DNA from: Candidatus Woesearchaeota archaeon
GTDB lineage: Archaea; Nanobdellota; Nanobdellia; Woesearchaeales; 21-14-0-10-32-9
Assembly: GCA_021736975.1 (NCBI GenBank)
Contig: JAIPET010000005.1
Location: forward strand, 4,920 to 68,919
DNA length: 64,000 nucleotides
Reading direction: 5' to 3'
Below, piece by piece: positions 20,599 to 31,005 of this stretch. Position numbers and translations under genes: made by a program. Each line of letters opens with the position of its first letter. Within the stretch, counting starts at the first letter, position 1. A model generated the notes under the pieces. The model was not told the DNA's origin. It did no database searches and saw only the letters and a program-made list of their open reading frames with translations.

Positions 20599-21144
20599 TT
20601 ATTCAAAATATCCAATTATTTTTTTTATATAATTATTATGTTCTTCATTTTCAATATGTGTGTGCCATTTTACTATAATTTCTTCAAGATACTCTAAAAA
20701 ATATGGATTAAACATTTTATGGTAAATGCTTTTTTTAAAATATTTACTTAATGCATCAAAATATTTTATTAAAATTTCACCATCTTCAGTTTTATATATT
20801 AATGAATTTTTTATTAAAATTTCAATAGATTTTATTATATAACCATAAGATTCACCAAATGAATCCATAGCATTATTAGCTTGAACCATAACATTACCTT
20901 CTGTTTCATTATTATTAGCAAACAAAATAAGTTTTTCATAAAATTGAGTTCCTGCGTCAAATTTTTTTTGAATGTGTTTTGTAAAATTTTTAGGATTTTC
21001 ATCTCTTTGATTTAAAGCATTTTTCATAGAAAATTTGAATCTATCAATCATAATAGTTTCATTATTATTTCTTTCAAAAATTTCTTTTAATTTTTTTTGT
21101 GCATTTTTTTGTGCATTATTTATAGTTTTATTTAACAATCCCAT
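20599..21144 (-). CDS. Hypothetical protein
   Basis: 181-aa ORF within the pheS-pheT run with an upstream GGTA RBS-like element; no motif recognised. Confidence 0.6.
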   Translation of the reverse strand: MGLLNKTINNAQKNAQKKLKEIFERNNNETIMIDRFKFSMKNALNQRDENPKNFTKHIQKKFDAGTQFYEKLILFANNNETEGNVMVQANNAMDSFGESYGYIIKSIEILIKNSLIYKTEDGEILIKYFDALSKYFKKSIYHKMFNPYFLEYLEEIIVKWHTHIENEEHNNYIKKIIGYFE

Positions 21145-21215
21145 TTTTTTTACCTTTTATTTTTTATTCAATTTTATTTTTTTATCTTCTTTCCAATTAT
21201 TTTTAAGTTCATGTT

Positions 21216-21845
21216 TTAATTTTTCATTAATCGTTTTTTTTTCTTTAATTTTTCATTTTTAATCAATTTTAAAATTAATTCAACTGCTTGAATAGGTGAA
21301 TTAGCACCAAAAATATACTCAGTTTTTCTAACATCAAAAAATCTATTAGTTAATTCTTCAGCCATTCCACCACTAGGTGTTAAAGCTACAAGAGGTTTAC
21401 TTGACATATAAGCATATGTCGCTTCATTTAAAGTTCCAGCACCACCACCTACAAGTATTGCACCATCACAACTATTGAGGTTTATTGCATCTCTACTCCA
21501 ACCTATCCCTGTTGCTATAACAAAATCTGAATAATCGTTAACTCTATTCATATCTTCCCAAGGTATTATTGATATTGTGGTTCCTTTCTTGCTTTTTGCA
21601 CCTTTGTGTGCTGCTTCCATAACACCTAATCCACCACCTGTTAAAGTTACATAACCTTTTTTAGCAATTTCTTGACCAACTTCATATGCATAATTATATG
21701 CTTTTTTTGTTGTTATAGATTTGCTAGAACCAAGAACAGCAATAACAATATTTCTTTTTGTTTTACCAATTTTTGTTTTTTGATAATTTAATTTATCATA
21801 ATTTTTTGTGTTATTTATTTTGTTAGTTTGTTTTTTTGCAGCCAT
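21216..21845 (-). CDS. SLOG-superfamily (TIGR00725/LOG-like) nucleotide-binding protein
   Basis: TGGGLGVMEA and GGGAGTLNE motifs. Confidence 0.85.
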   Translation of the reverse strand: MAAKKQTNKINNTKNYDKLNYQKTKIGKTKRNIVIAVLGSSKSITTKKAYNYAYEVGQEIAKKGYVTLTGGGLGVMEAAHKGAKSKKGTTISIIPWEDMNRVNDYSDFVIATGIGWSRDAINLNSCDGAILVGGGAGTLNEATYAYMSSKPLVALTPSGGMAEELTNRFFDVRKTEYIFGANSPIQAVELILKLIKNEKLKKKKRLMKN

Positions 21846-21858
21846 TTTTTTACCTCTT

Positions 21859-23379
21859 TTATTTTAAAAACGATTTCATATTTCTTAATTGTTCTAAATC
21901 ATTTCTATACAAATCTCTTAAATCAGTTAATTCATAATAAGCAAGAATTATTCGCTCCATACCAAGACCCCAAGCCAAAACAGGACATTCAAAACCCATA
22001 AGTGTTTTAGTAACTTCAGGTCTAAAAATTCCACAACCACCCATTTCTATCCATTGTTTTTTTCCAGGATGATAAACTTCTACTTCTGCACTAGGTTCTG
22101 TATAAGGGAAATAAGCAGGTCTAATTCTAACATCAGTATAACCCATTTTTCCAAAAAACTCTTTTAAATATCCTTTTAATTTAGCTAAATTACCATCAAG
22201 ATCAACAACTATACCTTCAACCTGTTGAAATTGAAATAAATGTTTCCAATCTACAGCTTCATTTCTAAAAACTTTACCGATCTTGAAAAATTTTTTAGGC
22301 AAATCTTCTTTTTTTAATTTACTTATTGTTTGTGCACTAAGAACAGTTGTATGAGTTCTTAATAATGTTTGTTGACTAATATCTTTTGAAAATTCATATT
22401 TCCAACCTTTAGAACCTGTCTCTCCACCAAACTCATGAACAGATTTTACTTTTTTAAATAAGTCAGGCTCAATTTTTGATTTTTCAACATCCAAATAAAA
22501 TGTATCTTGCATTTCTCTAGCAGGATGATCTTGAGGAACAAATAAAGCATCCAAATCCCAAAAAGCACTTTGACTTTCAGTTCCATCCATTTCTTCAAAA
22601 CCCATTTCAAGCCACAAAGATTTCATATATTCAATAGCTTCATTCACAAAATGTTTTCTACCTTTATTAATTCTAGGAACTTTACTATTAATATCAAACG
22701 ATCTAAATTTTTTATTTTTCCACGAACCATCTTTTAACATAGAAGAACTGAGTTTTTCTTCATATTTTAAAGAGTCTTTTCCGATTTCTTTTGAAATTTC
22801 TTTTCCTTTATCAGTAATATGAGCAAACCAATATGTTTTTTTATCTTTTTTTAAGATGTTTTTCCTTGATAATAATTCATTCATTGCTTTTTTGTCTTTA
22901 TCATTTAATTTATTTACAGATATAGGAAATATATTTTCTAAAAATACTTCTAAATCATTTTTTTCTTTAATTAACAAAATTCCTTCTTTTGTTATTGAAA
23001 ATATCAATTCATTTTCTTTTTCTATATTTAAGGCCTTTTGTCTTTTTAATAAACCAATAGAAACATTTAATTCATCAGAACTCAATTCTTTTAAAATTTC
23101 AGATCTTTTCATGTTATTTTTTTCAATGAGTTTAAGTAATCTTTTTTCAGGAAATCCTTTTTCTTTGATTTCTACTCCATTTATATCTAAATTTATGAAT
23201 TCTTCTTCTTGTTTTTCAAGTTTCACAAGGTTTTTATTTGAGAGCCATTGAGCAGCTCTTTGAACTTCTATATCTTTTAAACCTGTTTCTTTTACTATTT
23301 TATCAAGTTCTGATTCTTTAACTAGTAAAGGAAACACTTTTATTTCTAAAGGAGTTAATTCTGATATTATATTTGACAT
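21859..23379 (-). CDS. pheS: Phenylalanyl-tRNA synthetase alpha subunit (archaeal long form)
   Basis: PQDHPAREMQDTF, LLRTHTT, FRNE, YFPYTEPS and GLGMER motifs. Confidence 0.97.
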   Translation of the reverse strand: MSNIISELTPLEIKVFPLLVKESELDKIVKETGLKDIEVQRAAQWLSNKNLVKLEKQEEEFINLDINGVEIKEKGFPEKRLLKLIEKNNMKRSEILKELSSDELNVSIGLLKRQKALNIEKENELIFSITKEGILLIKEKNDLEVFLENIFPISVNKLNDKDKKAMNELLSRKNILKKDKKTYWFAHITDKGKEISKEIGKDSLKYEEKLSSSMLKDGSWKNKKFRSFDINSKVPRINKGRKHFVNEAIEYMKSLWLEMGFEEMDGTESQSAFWDLDALFVPQDHPAREMQDTFYLDVEKSKIEPDLFKKVKSVHEFGGETGSKGWKYEFSKDISQQTLLRTHTTVLSAQTISKLKKEDLPKKFFKIGKVFRNEAVDWKHLFQFQQVEGIVVDLDGNLAKLKGYLKEFFGKMGYTDVRIRPAYFPYTEPSAEVEVYHPGKKQWIEMGGCGIFRPEVTKTLMGFECPVLAWGLGMERIILAYYELTDLRDLYRNDLEQLRNMKSFLK

Positions 23380-23462
23380 ATTTTGTGTGTGATTGGTTTA
23401 TTATATAATATTTTTGCATTTTTACGAATAAATTTATATAATTCTACGTTGTTTTTATTTAT

Positions 23463-24851
23463 ATGCATATTAAATTAACAAATTCAATGGGCCGAGAAAA
23501 ACAAACATTTAAACCTTTAAAAAAAGGCGAAGTCAAAATATATACTTGTGGACCTACAGTTTATAATTATGCACACATAGGAAACTTAAGAGCTTATATC
23601 TTTGCAGATGTTTTGAAAAGGACATTTTTATTTAATGATTATAAAGTAAAACACGTAATAAATATTACTGATGTAGGACATTTAAGTGATGATGCAGATG
23701 AAGGAGAAGACAAACTCGAAAAAGGAGCTAAAAGAGAAGGAAAAACAGTGTGGGATATAGCTAAATTTTACACAGAAGCATTTTACACAGATATGAACGA
23801 TCTTAATATAATAAATCCAAATACTTATTGTAAAGCCACAGAACATATTCAAGAAATGATTGAAATGAATAAAAAACTTGAAAAAAATGGTTTTACATAT
23901 ATTGCAGAAGGAAATTTATATTTTGATACATCAAAATTTGAAAATTACTGGAATTTAATAGGAAAAAAACAAGAAGAAGAAAATCAACAATCAAGAGTAG
24001 TTCAAGATAAACATAAAAAAAACAAAACAGATTTCGTATTGTGGTTTACAAGACATAAACATGGAAATCACGCAATGGAATGGGATAGTCCTTGGGGAAA
24101 AGGATTTCCAGGTTGGCATATAGAATGTAGCGCTATGAGTTCTAAATATTTAGGTGAAAAAATAGATATTCATACAGGAGGAATAGATCACGTTCCAATA
24201 CATCATACAAATGAAATTGCACAATCAGAATGTGCATATGGACATAAATGGGTAAATTACTGGTTACACAATGAATTCTTAGTAGTTAAAGATTCAGAAA
24301 AAATGTCAAAATCAACAGGAAATTTCCTAAGACTCCAAACACTTATAGATAAAGGATACAGTCCTTTAGAGTATAGATATTTTCTATTAGGTACACATTA
24401 TAGAAAAAAAATAATGTTTAGCTACGAAGCACTAGATGGAGCAAAAAACAGTTTGAAGAAATTAAAGAACAAAATAATAGAAGCAAAAAAAGAAAAATCC
24501 GAATTTAATAAAGAAAAATATGATGAATATTATAACAAATTTCAAGAATCCATAAATGACGATTTGAACACAGCACAAGCTCTTGCTTTAGTTTGGGATT
24601 GTTTAAATGACAAAATAGGATCAGAAACAAAATTAAAAATAATAGATAAATTTGATGAAATTTTAGGTCTTGAACTTTTAAAAGAAGAAAAAGTTGATAT
24701 TCCTAAAGAAGTTATAGAACTCGCAGAAAAGAGATGGAAATCTAAAAAAAATAAAAATTGGGAAGAATCAGATAAATTAAGAGCAGAAATAGAAAGCAAA
24801 GGATTTGATATTCTTGATTCTAAAGAATACTATGAAATAAAGAAAAAATAA
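23463..24851 (+). CDS. cysS: Cysteinyl-tRNA synthetase
   Basis: [20 protein letters not shown] and KMSKS motifs. Confidence 0.98.
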   Translation: MHIKLTNSMGREKQTFKPLKKGEVKIYTCGPTVYNYAHIGNLRAYIFADVLKRTFLFNDYKVKHVINITDVGHLSDDADEGEDKLEKGAKREGKTVWDIAKFYTEAFYTDMNDLNIINPNTYCKATEHIQEMIEMNKKLEKNGFTYIAEGNLYFDTSKFENYWNLIGKKQEEENQQSRVVQDKHKKNKTDFVLWFTRHKHGNHAMEWDSPWGKGFPGWHIECSAMSSKYLGEKIDIHTGGIDHVPIHHTNEIAQSECAYGHKWVNYWLHNEFLVVKDSEKMSKSTGNFLRLQTLIDKGYSPLEYRYFLLGTHYRKKIMFSYEALDGAKNSLKKLKNKIIEAKKEKSEFNKEKYDEYYNKFQESINDDLNTAQALALVWDCLNDKIGSETKLKIIDKFDEILGLELLKEEKVDIPKEVIELAEKRWKSKKNKNWEESDKLRAEIESKGFDILDSKEYYEIKKK

Positions 24852-24962
24852 TAAACTCATAAACATATTTTTTTTAAGAATCAAAATGATTGAAATTATA
24901 AAATATAAAACTAAACACTTTTTAGAAATTGTGTTTGCTGCATAAATAATTTAATATAAATA

Positions 24963-25748
24963 TTAATTAGTAGTATGTTTTTGTTTTTTTTCTTCATTTA
25001 TTAAATATTTAAGATGGTTCTTTTCATCTTCATTTAATTCTTTTGAAGAAATTAGTGTTTTTTCAAATTCATAAGATTTTAATTTATCTGTTGCCATTTG
25101 AAAATCTCTTTGTAAAGATATATTTAATTTTTTTATTTCATTTTCAGAAGGAACTTCTCCAATTAAATCGCCTAAAAAAAACAAAACAGAACCAAAGGCA
25201 TCAGAAGGAGTTAAATACGCATCTATTCTTATATTTAAAGAATCTTTTTCAAAATATTGAACAGAAATTAAACCTTCAAAAGCAACACCACCAAAATTTG
25301 TTTCTCCACAATAAACTATTGTTTTAATATTATATTCGTTGTTTTGATTTGAATACAGTTTTTCAAAAATAATAGGCAAACTTAATTCTTCTTTTTCTAT
25401 ACTTAATTTAATCTTTCCATTAGGAAGTTTTTTAGTTTTATATGATCCACCAACAGTTAAACTGGCAATTTTTCCAATATATTCAACAGACCCATAAGGT
25501 TCTTTTAATAATAAATTTTCTAATAGTGATTCAGATAAACTAGATTTAACATGCATGTCTGTATGAAAAGAAGGATCTTCAAATATATCTAGAAGATTTT
25601 TTGCTTCATTATCATATTTAGCTTTTATTACATTTTCAACAAGAGTTTTATTTGGCAAAGGAATTATTTTATTTATTTTTTCTTGGGCATTATTTTGATA
25701 ATTTAAAAAAAGAAATAATGAAAAAGATAATGCTGTAAATTTATTCAT
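24963..25748 (-). CDS. Hypothetical protein with putative signal peptide
   Basis: N-terminal MNK + hydrophobic stretch + AQE; 261 aa. Confidence 0.65.
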   Translation of the reverse strand: MNKFTALSFSLFLFLNYQNNAQEKINKIIPLPNKTLVENVIKAKYDNEAKNLLDIFEDPSFHTDMHVKSSLSESLLENLLLKEPYGSVEYIGKIASLTVGGSYKTKKLPNGKIKLSIEKEELSLPIIFEKLYSNQNNEYNIKTIVYCGETNFGGVAFEGLISVQYFEKDSLNIRIDAYLTPSDAFGSVLFFLGDLIGEVPSENEIKKLNISLQRDFQMATDKLKSYEFEKTLISSKELNEDEKNHLKYLINEEKKQKHTTN

Positions 25749-25821
25749 ATTTTTTTTAAAATATATTTACTATATTAAATTTTTGTTATAGAAAATAAGA
25801 AATAAAAAAATAAAAACATAT

Positions 25822-26634
25822 TTAATTTTTAAGCTTAACTTCTTTCATAGCTTTCCAAGCAATCTCATAAAGATTTTGAATAGATGAAGCAAAGAAAGGT
25901 GTATTTATCCAAATACCAATGTCATATGTAGGATGAACTTCTGAATCGTCCATTAACATAAAAACAATTTCTTTTCCATCAACAACAACAAATCTTCCAT
26001 TAACTGATGCATGTCTAACTTCCGCAACTCCTGCAAGTTGTTTTGCTGCTTTTTCTGTTTCTTTATTCATTGGAGCGCATATTTTTATTTTAACTCCTCT
26101 TTTCTTAAGTTGTTCAAATACAGGTTTAAATCCTTCAATTTTTCTTAAGAAACCTTGAGATGTAGTCATAATAGTAACAGATTCTTCTGCTCCTCTTATA
26201 GTCATATCAAGATGATTATACAAGTTATGTCTTCCTTTTAATGAACCAGATAAATCTGAAGGCTCAATTAATTCAACACCTTGATTATGTAATGAATTTA
26301 ATTCATCAACAATTTCAGTTCCTTTCAAACTTTCTAAAGCTTTAACATGTGTATCTGCTTCTGATTTAACATTTTTCTTAACTCTTTCAAGAACTTCTTT
26401 TGGTGGTACCGCGATGTATTTAATTGGTTTGCCGATTTTCATAACAACAAATCCTTTCTTTTCTAATGATTCAAGAACATCATAAGATCTTGATCTTGGT
26501 ACGTTTGCAATGTCAGAAAGTTCTCCTGCTGTACTTACCCCTCTTGAAAGTAAAGCAGTCCAAATTTTTACTTCATATAAATTTAAATTGAAGTATCTTC
26601 GTAATTTACTTAAAAATTCATCTTTAACTATCAT
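25822..26634 (-). CDS. TrmB-family (TrmBL2-like) transcriptional/chromatin regulator
   Basis: LNLYEVKIWTALL...VPRSRSYDVLESLEKKGF wHTH plus PLD-like C-terminal domain. Confidence 0.9.
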   Translation of the reverse strand: MIVKDEFLSKLRRYFNLNLYEVKIWTALLSRGVSTAGELSDIANVPRSRSYDVLESLEKKGFVVMKIGKPIKYIAVPPKEVLERVKKNVKSEADTHVKALESLKGTEIVDELNSLHNQGVELIEPSDLSGSLKGRHNLYNHLDMTIRGAEESVTIMTTSQGFLRKIEGFKPVFEQLKKRGVKIKICAPMNKETEKAAKQLAGVAEVRHASVNGRFVVVDGKEIVFMLMDDSEVHPTYDIGIWINTPFFASSIQNLYEIAWKAMKEVKLKN

Positions 26635-26740
26635 TCTAATTTCCCCCTTCGATAGGGCTAACCCCACCTCTTTTTAGTTACTATTAAAATTAACTACTTT
26701 ATATATGTTACGTTTTTTCACTATTGCTTGACAGTAATCT

Positions 26741-27589
26741 TTACGACTTTGTTAGTAAGTAGTAAATTTCGGGTCCTATTTCAAATTCGTAAATGTTCCA
26801 ACCCGCAGAATTCTTTTGTTTCAGAGCTTCTTGGAACCAATGACGTTTTCCAGTAATTATGTTTTTTCCACTTATTGTTTTGCTTGGAAAAGAGATAATT
26901 ATATTTTTACAAGAAATTTTATTTAATAATTTTGTAGAACTTCCTCTCTTAAGAGCCTCAAAACTATCTAAAGATTTTAAGAGGAGACAAGTATCAAAAT
27001 CTTTAATTTTTTTAACAATTTCATTTTGAAAAGATTCTTTTGTCAAATCTCCATACATAGTATTTCCTTTAATTTTAGATATATCAAAAAAAGATTGAAT
27101 AAAAATCATATCTTCTTTACTAATATCAGAAGCAAAATATTCAATTTCTAAATTCCAAAAATAATAAGAAAAAGGATTAAAACCACATGCAAGATCTGCA
27201 ATCTTTTTTGGTTTTTTACAAACATCAATTATTTTTGAATAAACTCTATGAAAATAAAGAAGTCTTTCCTTTGTTGAAAGATGAGATTTTAATATTTTAT
27301 CAATTGCTTTTTCTTTATCTTGCTTTGAACTCAGATTGAATATTTCCAAAGCCTTTTTTCTTTTATTATTATTCAAAGTCTCTTTTTGAAAAACACCATA
27401 AAGAACTCTAAGTTTTTTTCTTACTATTTTTTTGAATTCTTTGAATTCTTTACTTTTTTCATTGAATTTTTTCTCTTTAAGTTTATCATAAATTTTTGGA
27501 TTTTCCTTTTCAGAATCAGAGATTATTTTATTTAAAAATTCTTCAGGAATGTTTCTAAGTTCTTTTTTGGCTAAGAGTTTTGATTTCAT
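26741..27589 (-). CDS. ArmA/Rmt/Sgm (FmrO)-family 16S rRNA m7G1405-type methyltransferase homologue
   Basis: Family motifs in the correct order: RKKLRVLYG, HLSTKER, DLACGFNP, SDI, LLLK, ISFPSKTISGK, WF and EIYY. Confidence 0.85.
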   Translation of the reverse strand: MKSKLLAKKELRNIPEEFLNKIISDSEKENPKIYDKLKEKKFNEKSKEFKEFKKIVRKKLRVLYGVFQKETLNNNKRKKALEIFNLSSKQDKEKAIDKILKSHLSTKERLLYFHRVYSKIIDVCKKPKKIADLACGFNPFSYYFWNLEIEYFASDISKEDMIFIQSFFDISKIKGNTMYGDLTKESFQNEIVKKIKDFDTCLLLKSLDSFEALKRGSSTKLLNKISCKNIIISFPSKTISGKNIITGKRHWFQEALKQKNSAGWNIYEFEIGPEIYYLLTKS

Positions 27590-28140
27590 TTTTGTTCATT
27601 TATTAAGTTGGATGTTATTGTTATTAGTATTACTCCTGTGAAAAAATATGCACTCATATCTATTTTGAAAAAAAAGAAAGCGGCAGATATTATTACGATG
27701 ATTAGCAAAGAATACAAAATTGTTTTTTTTGGTTTAGTGTATTCTTTGTGTTTTGGGTTTCTTTCATTTCTTATACTTGTGTATATGTAATGAACTATTA
27801 ATAGTAAAGCAACAAGGACAATTTCGGGATGAAATAAATATATAAACGCGCCACTACCAACATATCCAATTCCTAAGAATAAGTTATTGAAAAAATATGA
27901 ATCTTTTTTAAAATTGTCTTGTTTAGATAAATAATAAAAAATTATATACATAAAAAGCCCTAAAACACCAATCCCTATAAAAATACTGCTGAGAACTCGA
28001 TGTTCTTCTGTTATTGTTGCACCTATAGAAAATATGTTTAAACGTGTTAATACTCCTGTTAATATAAGAAGAATGTTTAATATTATAGCCGAATACTTGT
28101 TATAATATTTTTGTTTTAATAATTCCAACATATTTACCAT
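27586..28140 (-). CDS. Multi-pass membrane protein, unknown function
   Basis: About 6 hydrophobic segments; coupled to pelota upstream and the methyltransferase downstream. Confidence 0.7.
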   Translation of the reverse strand: MVNMLELLKQKYYNKYSAIILNILLILTGVLTRLNIFSIGATITEEHRVLSSIFIGIGVLGLFMYIIFYYLSKQDNFKKDSYFFNNLFLGIGYVGSGAFIYLFHPEIVLVALLLIVHYIYTSIRNERNPKHKEYTKPKKTILYSLLIIVIISAAFFFFKIDMSAYFFTGVILITITSNLINEQK

Positions 28141-29165
28141 CTTAGTGTTCCCGCAATACCTCCTAATGAGTCCAGTTTTTGCATTGTTTCTTTTTGAGTT
28201 ATGAATATTATTTCTGATTGGATTTGCTCTGCATTTCTTAACATAAAGTCTATTTCTTTATAGTTTTCTTTTTCTTTCATTTTTTTAAGAAGATTTTCTG
28301 AAACCATTATTTTTTTCACTGCACCTTCGGTAATTTTTTGTTTGGTTTCTTTAACACCATAACAAGCTTTATCATGACTAATAGCAGTCATTATTTCTTC
28401 TACTGCTTGTAATTCTCTTGAAGTTCTTTCATCTTCTAAAGCTTTTTTTAATTCTGTTCTTTTCAGAAGCTCATTAAATGATGTTTTGTTAACTTCACTA
28501 ATATTTGCTTTTATTATTTTTTTATTTAATTCAGAAGATAATTCTTTTTCTAAATATTCTTTCCAAAAAGCCGGACTGGCTATTATTATTTTATCTGGAT
28601 TGAATCTTGTGTTGTATTCTTCTATTTGTTTACCAATTTCTTTGTAAAAATTTCCTTTTTTTTCTTCAGGAGTATCTTTTTTTTGCACATCACCTTCAAA
28701 TTCAGATAAAATTTCATAACCATTTCTTTTAGTTAAACCAAACATAGAATTTTGTCTATCAAAAACAACAAGTAAAATATTAGATTTAGGTTTAGTTGCT
28801 TCCTCTAATTTTTTTAATTCAAAATTCGCCCAATTCTTTTGTATGTTTATTTTATCTCTTATTTCAAGATTAAAAGAATGATGAGAACCAATAGAAACAT
28901 CATCAGGACCTTCTTTAATTGTTCCAAGAATTCTTAAAGAATTGTTTTGAGGTTCATATTCAACCTTTTCAGTTTGGATTTTTAAAAAAATAGTTTTACG
29001 AACAACTTTAGCATTTTCATCAGAACCAATTTTTATTTTACGTTCAGTTTTACCTTTAACTAAATCACCTTTGGACAATACATGGGATAAACTCCAAAGA
29101 TCTTCTTCATCAGTAATTTCAATACTAATATCTCCTTTTTTCAAATCTTTACCTAAAATCTTCAT
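28134..29165 (-). CDS. pelA: Pelota (aDom34) ribosome rescue factor
   Basis: EDLWSL...GDLV...T.R, LRILGTI, GSHHSF, ACYG and LGGIAGTLRW; the real start is probably 29165. Confidence 0.93.
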   Translation of the reverse strand: MKILGKDLKKGDISIEITDEEDLWSLSHVLSKGDLVKGKTERKIKIGSDENAKVVRKTIFLKIQTEKVEYEPQNNSLRILGTIKEGPDDVSIGSHHSFNLEIRDKINIQKNWANFELKKLEEATKPKSNILLVVFDRQNSMFGLTKRNGYEILSEFEGDVQKKDTPEEKKGNFYKEIGKQIEEYNTRFNPDKIIIASPAFWKEYLEKELSSELNKKIIKANISEVNKTSFNELLKRTELKKALEDERTSRELQAVEEIMTAISHDKACYGVKETKQKITEGAVKKIMVSENLLKKMKEKENYKEIDFMLRNAEQIQSEIIFITQKETMQKLDSLGGIAGTLRW

Positions 29166-29221
29166 AATAAAACAATAAAAGAACGATGTCTTTATATATT
29201 TTAATCTAAATTCTTGACACA

Positions 29222-30046
29222 ATGACAAAAAAGAGAAAACCAATAACAGGTTTAGTTTTAAGTGGAGGATCAAGCAGAGTATTTGCTCAATTAGGAGTGC
29301 TTAAAGTATTATATTCTAAAGGATTCAGACCTGATATGATAGCAGGATGCTCTGTAGGAAGTTTACTTGGAACATTGTTAGCATCAGGAAAAAGTTTAGA
29401 AGAAATTGAAAAATGGTTATTTGAACAAAACCCTCTCAGACTTTTAGATATAAAATTTAACAGAATGGGTTTAATTAAAGGAGAAAAATTTGTAAAAGCA
29501 ATATTAGACTTTTCTGATGCTAAAACTTTTGAAGATTTAAAAATACCTTTAATAGTTAATGCTACAAACATAAATAAGGGAAAAAATGAGTTTTTTTCAA
29601 AAGGTTTACTTTCAAATCCTTTAAATGCAAGTATTGCAATACCAGGAATATTTCAACCTAAAAAAATAGGTACTGAATTATATGTTGATGGAGGAGTCAC
29701 AAATCCAGTTCCTGTAGATGCATTAAAAGATGCAGATTACATAGTCGCAATAGATGTTTCATTTTTCTTTAAAGAAATTACAGAAAATTCAGGAGCATCA
29801 AGAGTATTATCACAATCAGTATATATTTCTCAAAGATCAGCATTTGAAGGAATAATGAAAAAAATGGAAAACAAACAAATATTATTAATAAAACCACCTA
29901 TCGAAAAATATTTTATAGCGGAATTTAGAAAAGAAAAATATGCAGAAATGATGGATATAGGTATTATTCAAGCAAGAAGAATATTAAGTTCAAAAAAAAA
30001 TTCTGAATTTATAAAAAAAATATATAAAAATGAAAACAAAAAATAA
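29222..30046 (+). CDS. Patatin-like phospholipase/esterase
   Basis: LSGGSSR, GCSVG nucleophile and DGG motifs. Confidence 0.9.
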   Translation: MTKKRKPITGLVLSGGSSRVFAQLGVLKVLYSKGFRPDMIAGCSVGSLLGTLLASGKSLEEIEKWLFEQNPLRLLDIKFNRMGLIKGEKFVKAILDFSDAKTFEDLKIPLIVNATNINKGKNEFFSKGLLSNPLNASIAIPGIFQPKKIGTELYVDGGVTNPVPVDALKDADYIVAIDVSFFFKEITENSGASRVLSQSVYISQRSAFEGIMKKMENKQILLIKPPIEKYFIAEFRKEKYAEMMDIGIIQARRILSSKKNSEFIKKIYKNENKK

Positions 30047-30818
30047 AATTGCACTAGTTCTAGGAGGAGGCGGGTTTAGAATATACGCACATCTTGGTGT
30101 TATAAAAGTATTAGATGAAATGGGTATAAAACCAGATTATATAGCTGCAGCATCATCAGGTTCTTTAATAGGTGTTCTTTTAGCAAGTGGAAAATCATAT
30201 AAGGAAATAGAAAATTTATTATTAAAAAATAAACATTTAACACTTTTAGATCCTGTATTAAAATTTAATGGTTTATTAAGAGGAAAAAGAAAAGTAAAAA
30301 AAGTATTAAATTTCTTAAAAATAAAAACATTTGAAGAATTAAAAATACCATTAATAATAAACGCAACAGATATAAATGATGGAAAAGAAATAGTTTTTAA
30401 AAAAGGACCTTTGTTTCCGGCAATACAAGCATCAAGTGCATTTCCAGGAATATTTTATCCAGTAAAATTAAAAGGAAAATATTTGGTTGATGGAGGGATA
30501 TATTCAACACTCCCAATACATCTTCTTCCAAAAGTTGATACAGTTATTGCAATTGACATATCTTATTTTTATAAAAAAATAAAAAAATCATCATCTTTTG
30601 CACATATATTACGTCAAAGTCTTTTTTTTATACAAAAACAACAGGTTAAACAAGAAATAGAATTAGAATTATTAAAAAATAAATCAAGAAAAATAATATT
30701 AATATCGCCCAAAGTAGAAGCATATTCTTTATTTGAATTTAGAAAAAAGAAACTTATAGAATTATTCAAATTAGGTGAAGAAGAAGCTAGAAGAGTATTA
30801 AAAAAAAATATTTTCTGA
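30030..30818 (+). CDS. Patatin-like phospholipase/esterase (tandem paralogue)
   Basis: LGGGGFR, AASSG nucleophile and DGG motifs. Confidence 0.9.
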   Translation: MKTKNKIALVLGGGGFRIYAHLGVIKVLDEMGIKPDYIAAASSGSLIGVLLASGKSYKEIENLLLKNKHLTLLDPVLKFNGLLRGKRKVKKVLNFLKIKTFEELKIPLIINATDINDGKEIVFKKGPLFPAIQASSAFPGIFYPVKLKGKYLVDGGIYSTLPIHLLPKVDTVIAIDISYFYKKIKKSSSFAHILRQSLFFIQKQQVKQEIELELLKNKSRKIILISPKVEAYSLFEFRKKKLIELFKLGEEEARRVLKKNIF

Positions 30819-31005
30819 TTGTTTAATTCATTAATTTTTTTAGAAAACACAATTAATTTCTATACTGTAAATAAATAAGCACTGGACATATGTGCACAGA
30901 GTATATAAAGAAAAACACATAACTAATTATGTTGCCTTTAAACAAGGTTACCCCGCAATCAAAATTGGTTGTGTTGAAATAAAAAGCGAAAGCAAGGGTG
31001 AAAAA

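Noticed and set aside
30863-30900. LexA/SOS box upstream of radA
   Set aside because: The CTG...CAG spacing is 12 rather than 10, the TACTGT half-site has no partner, and archaea lack canonical LexA.
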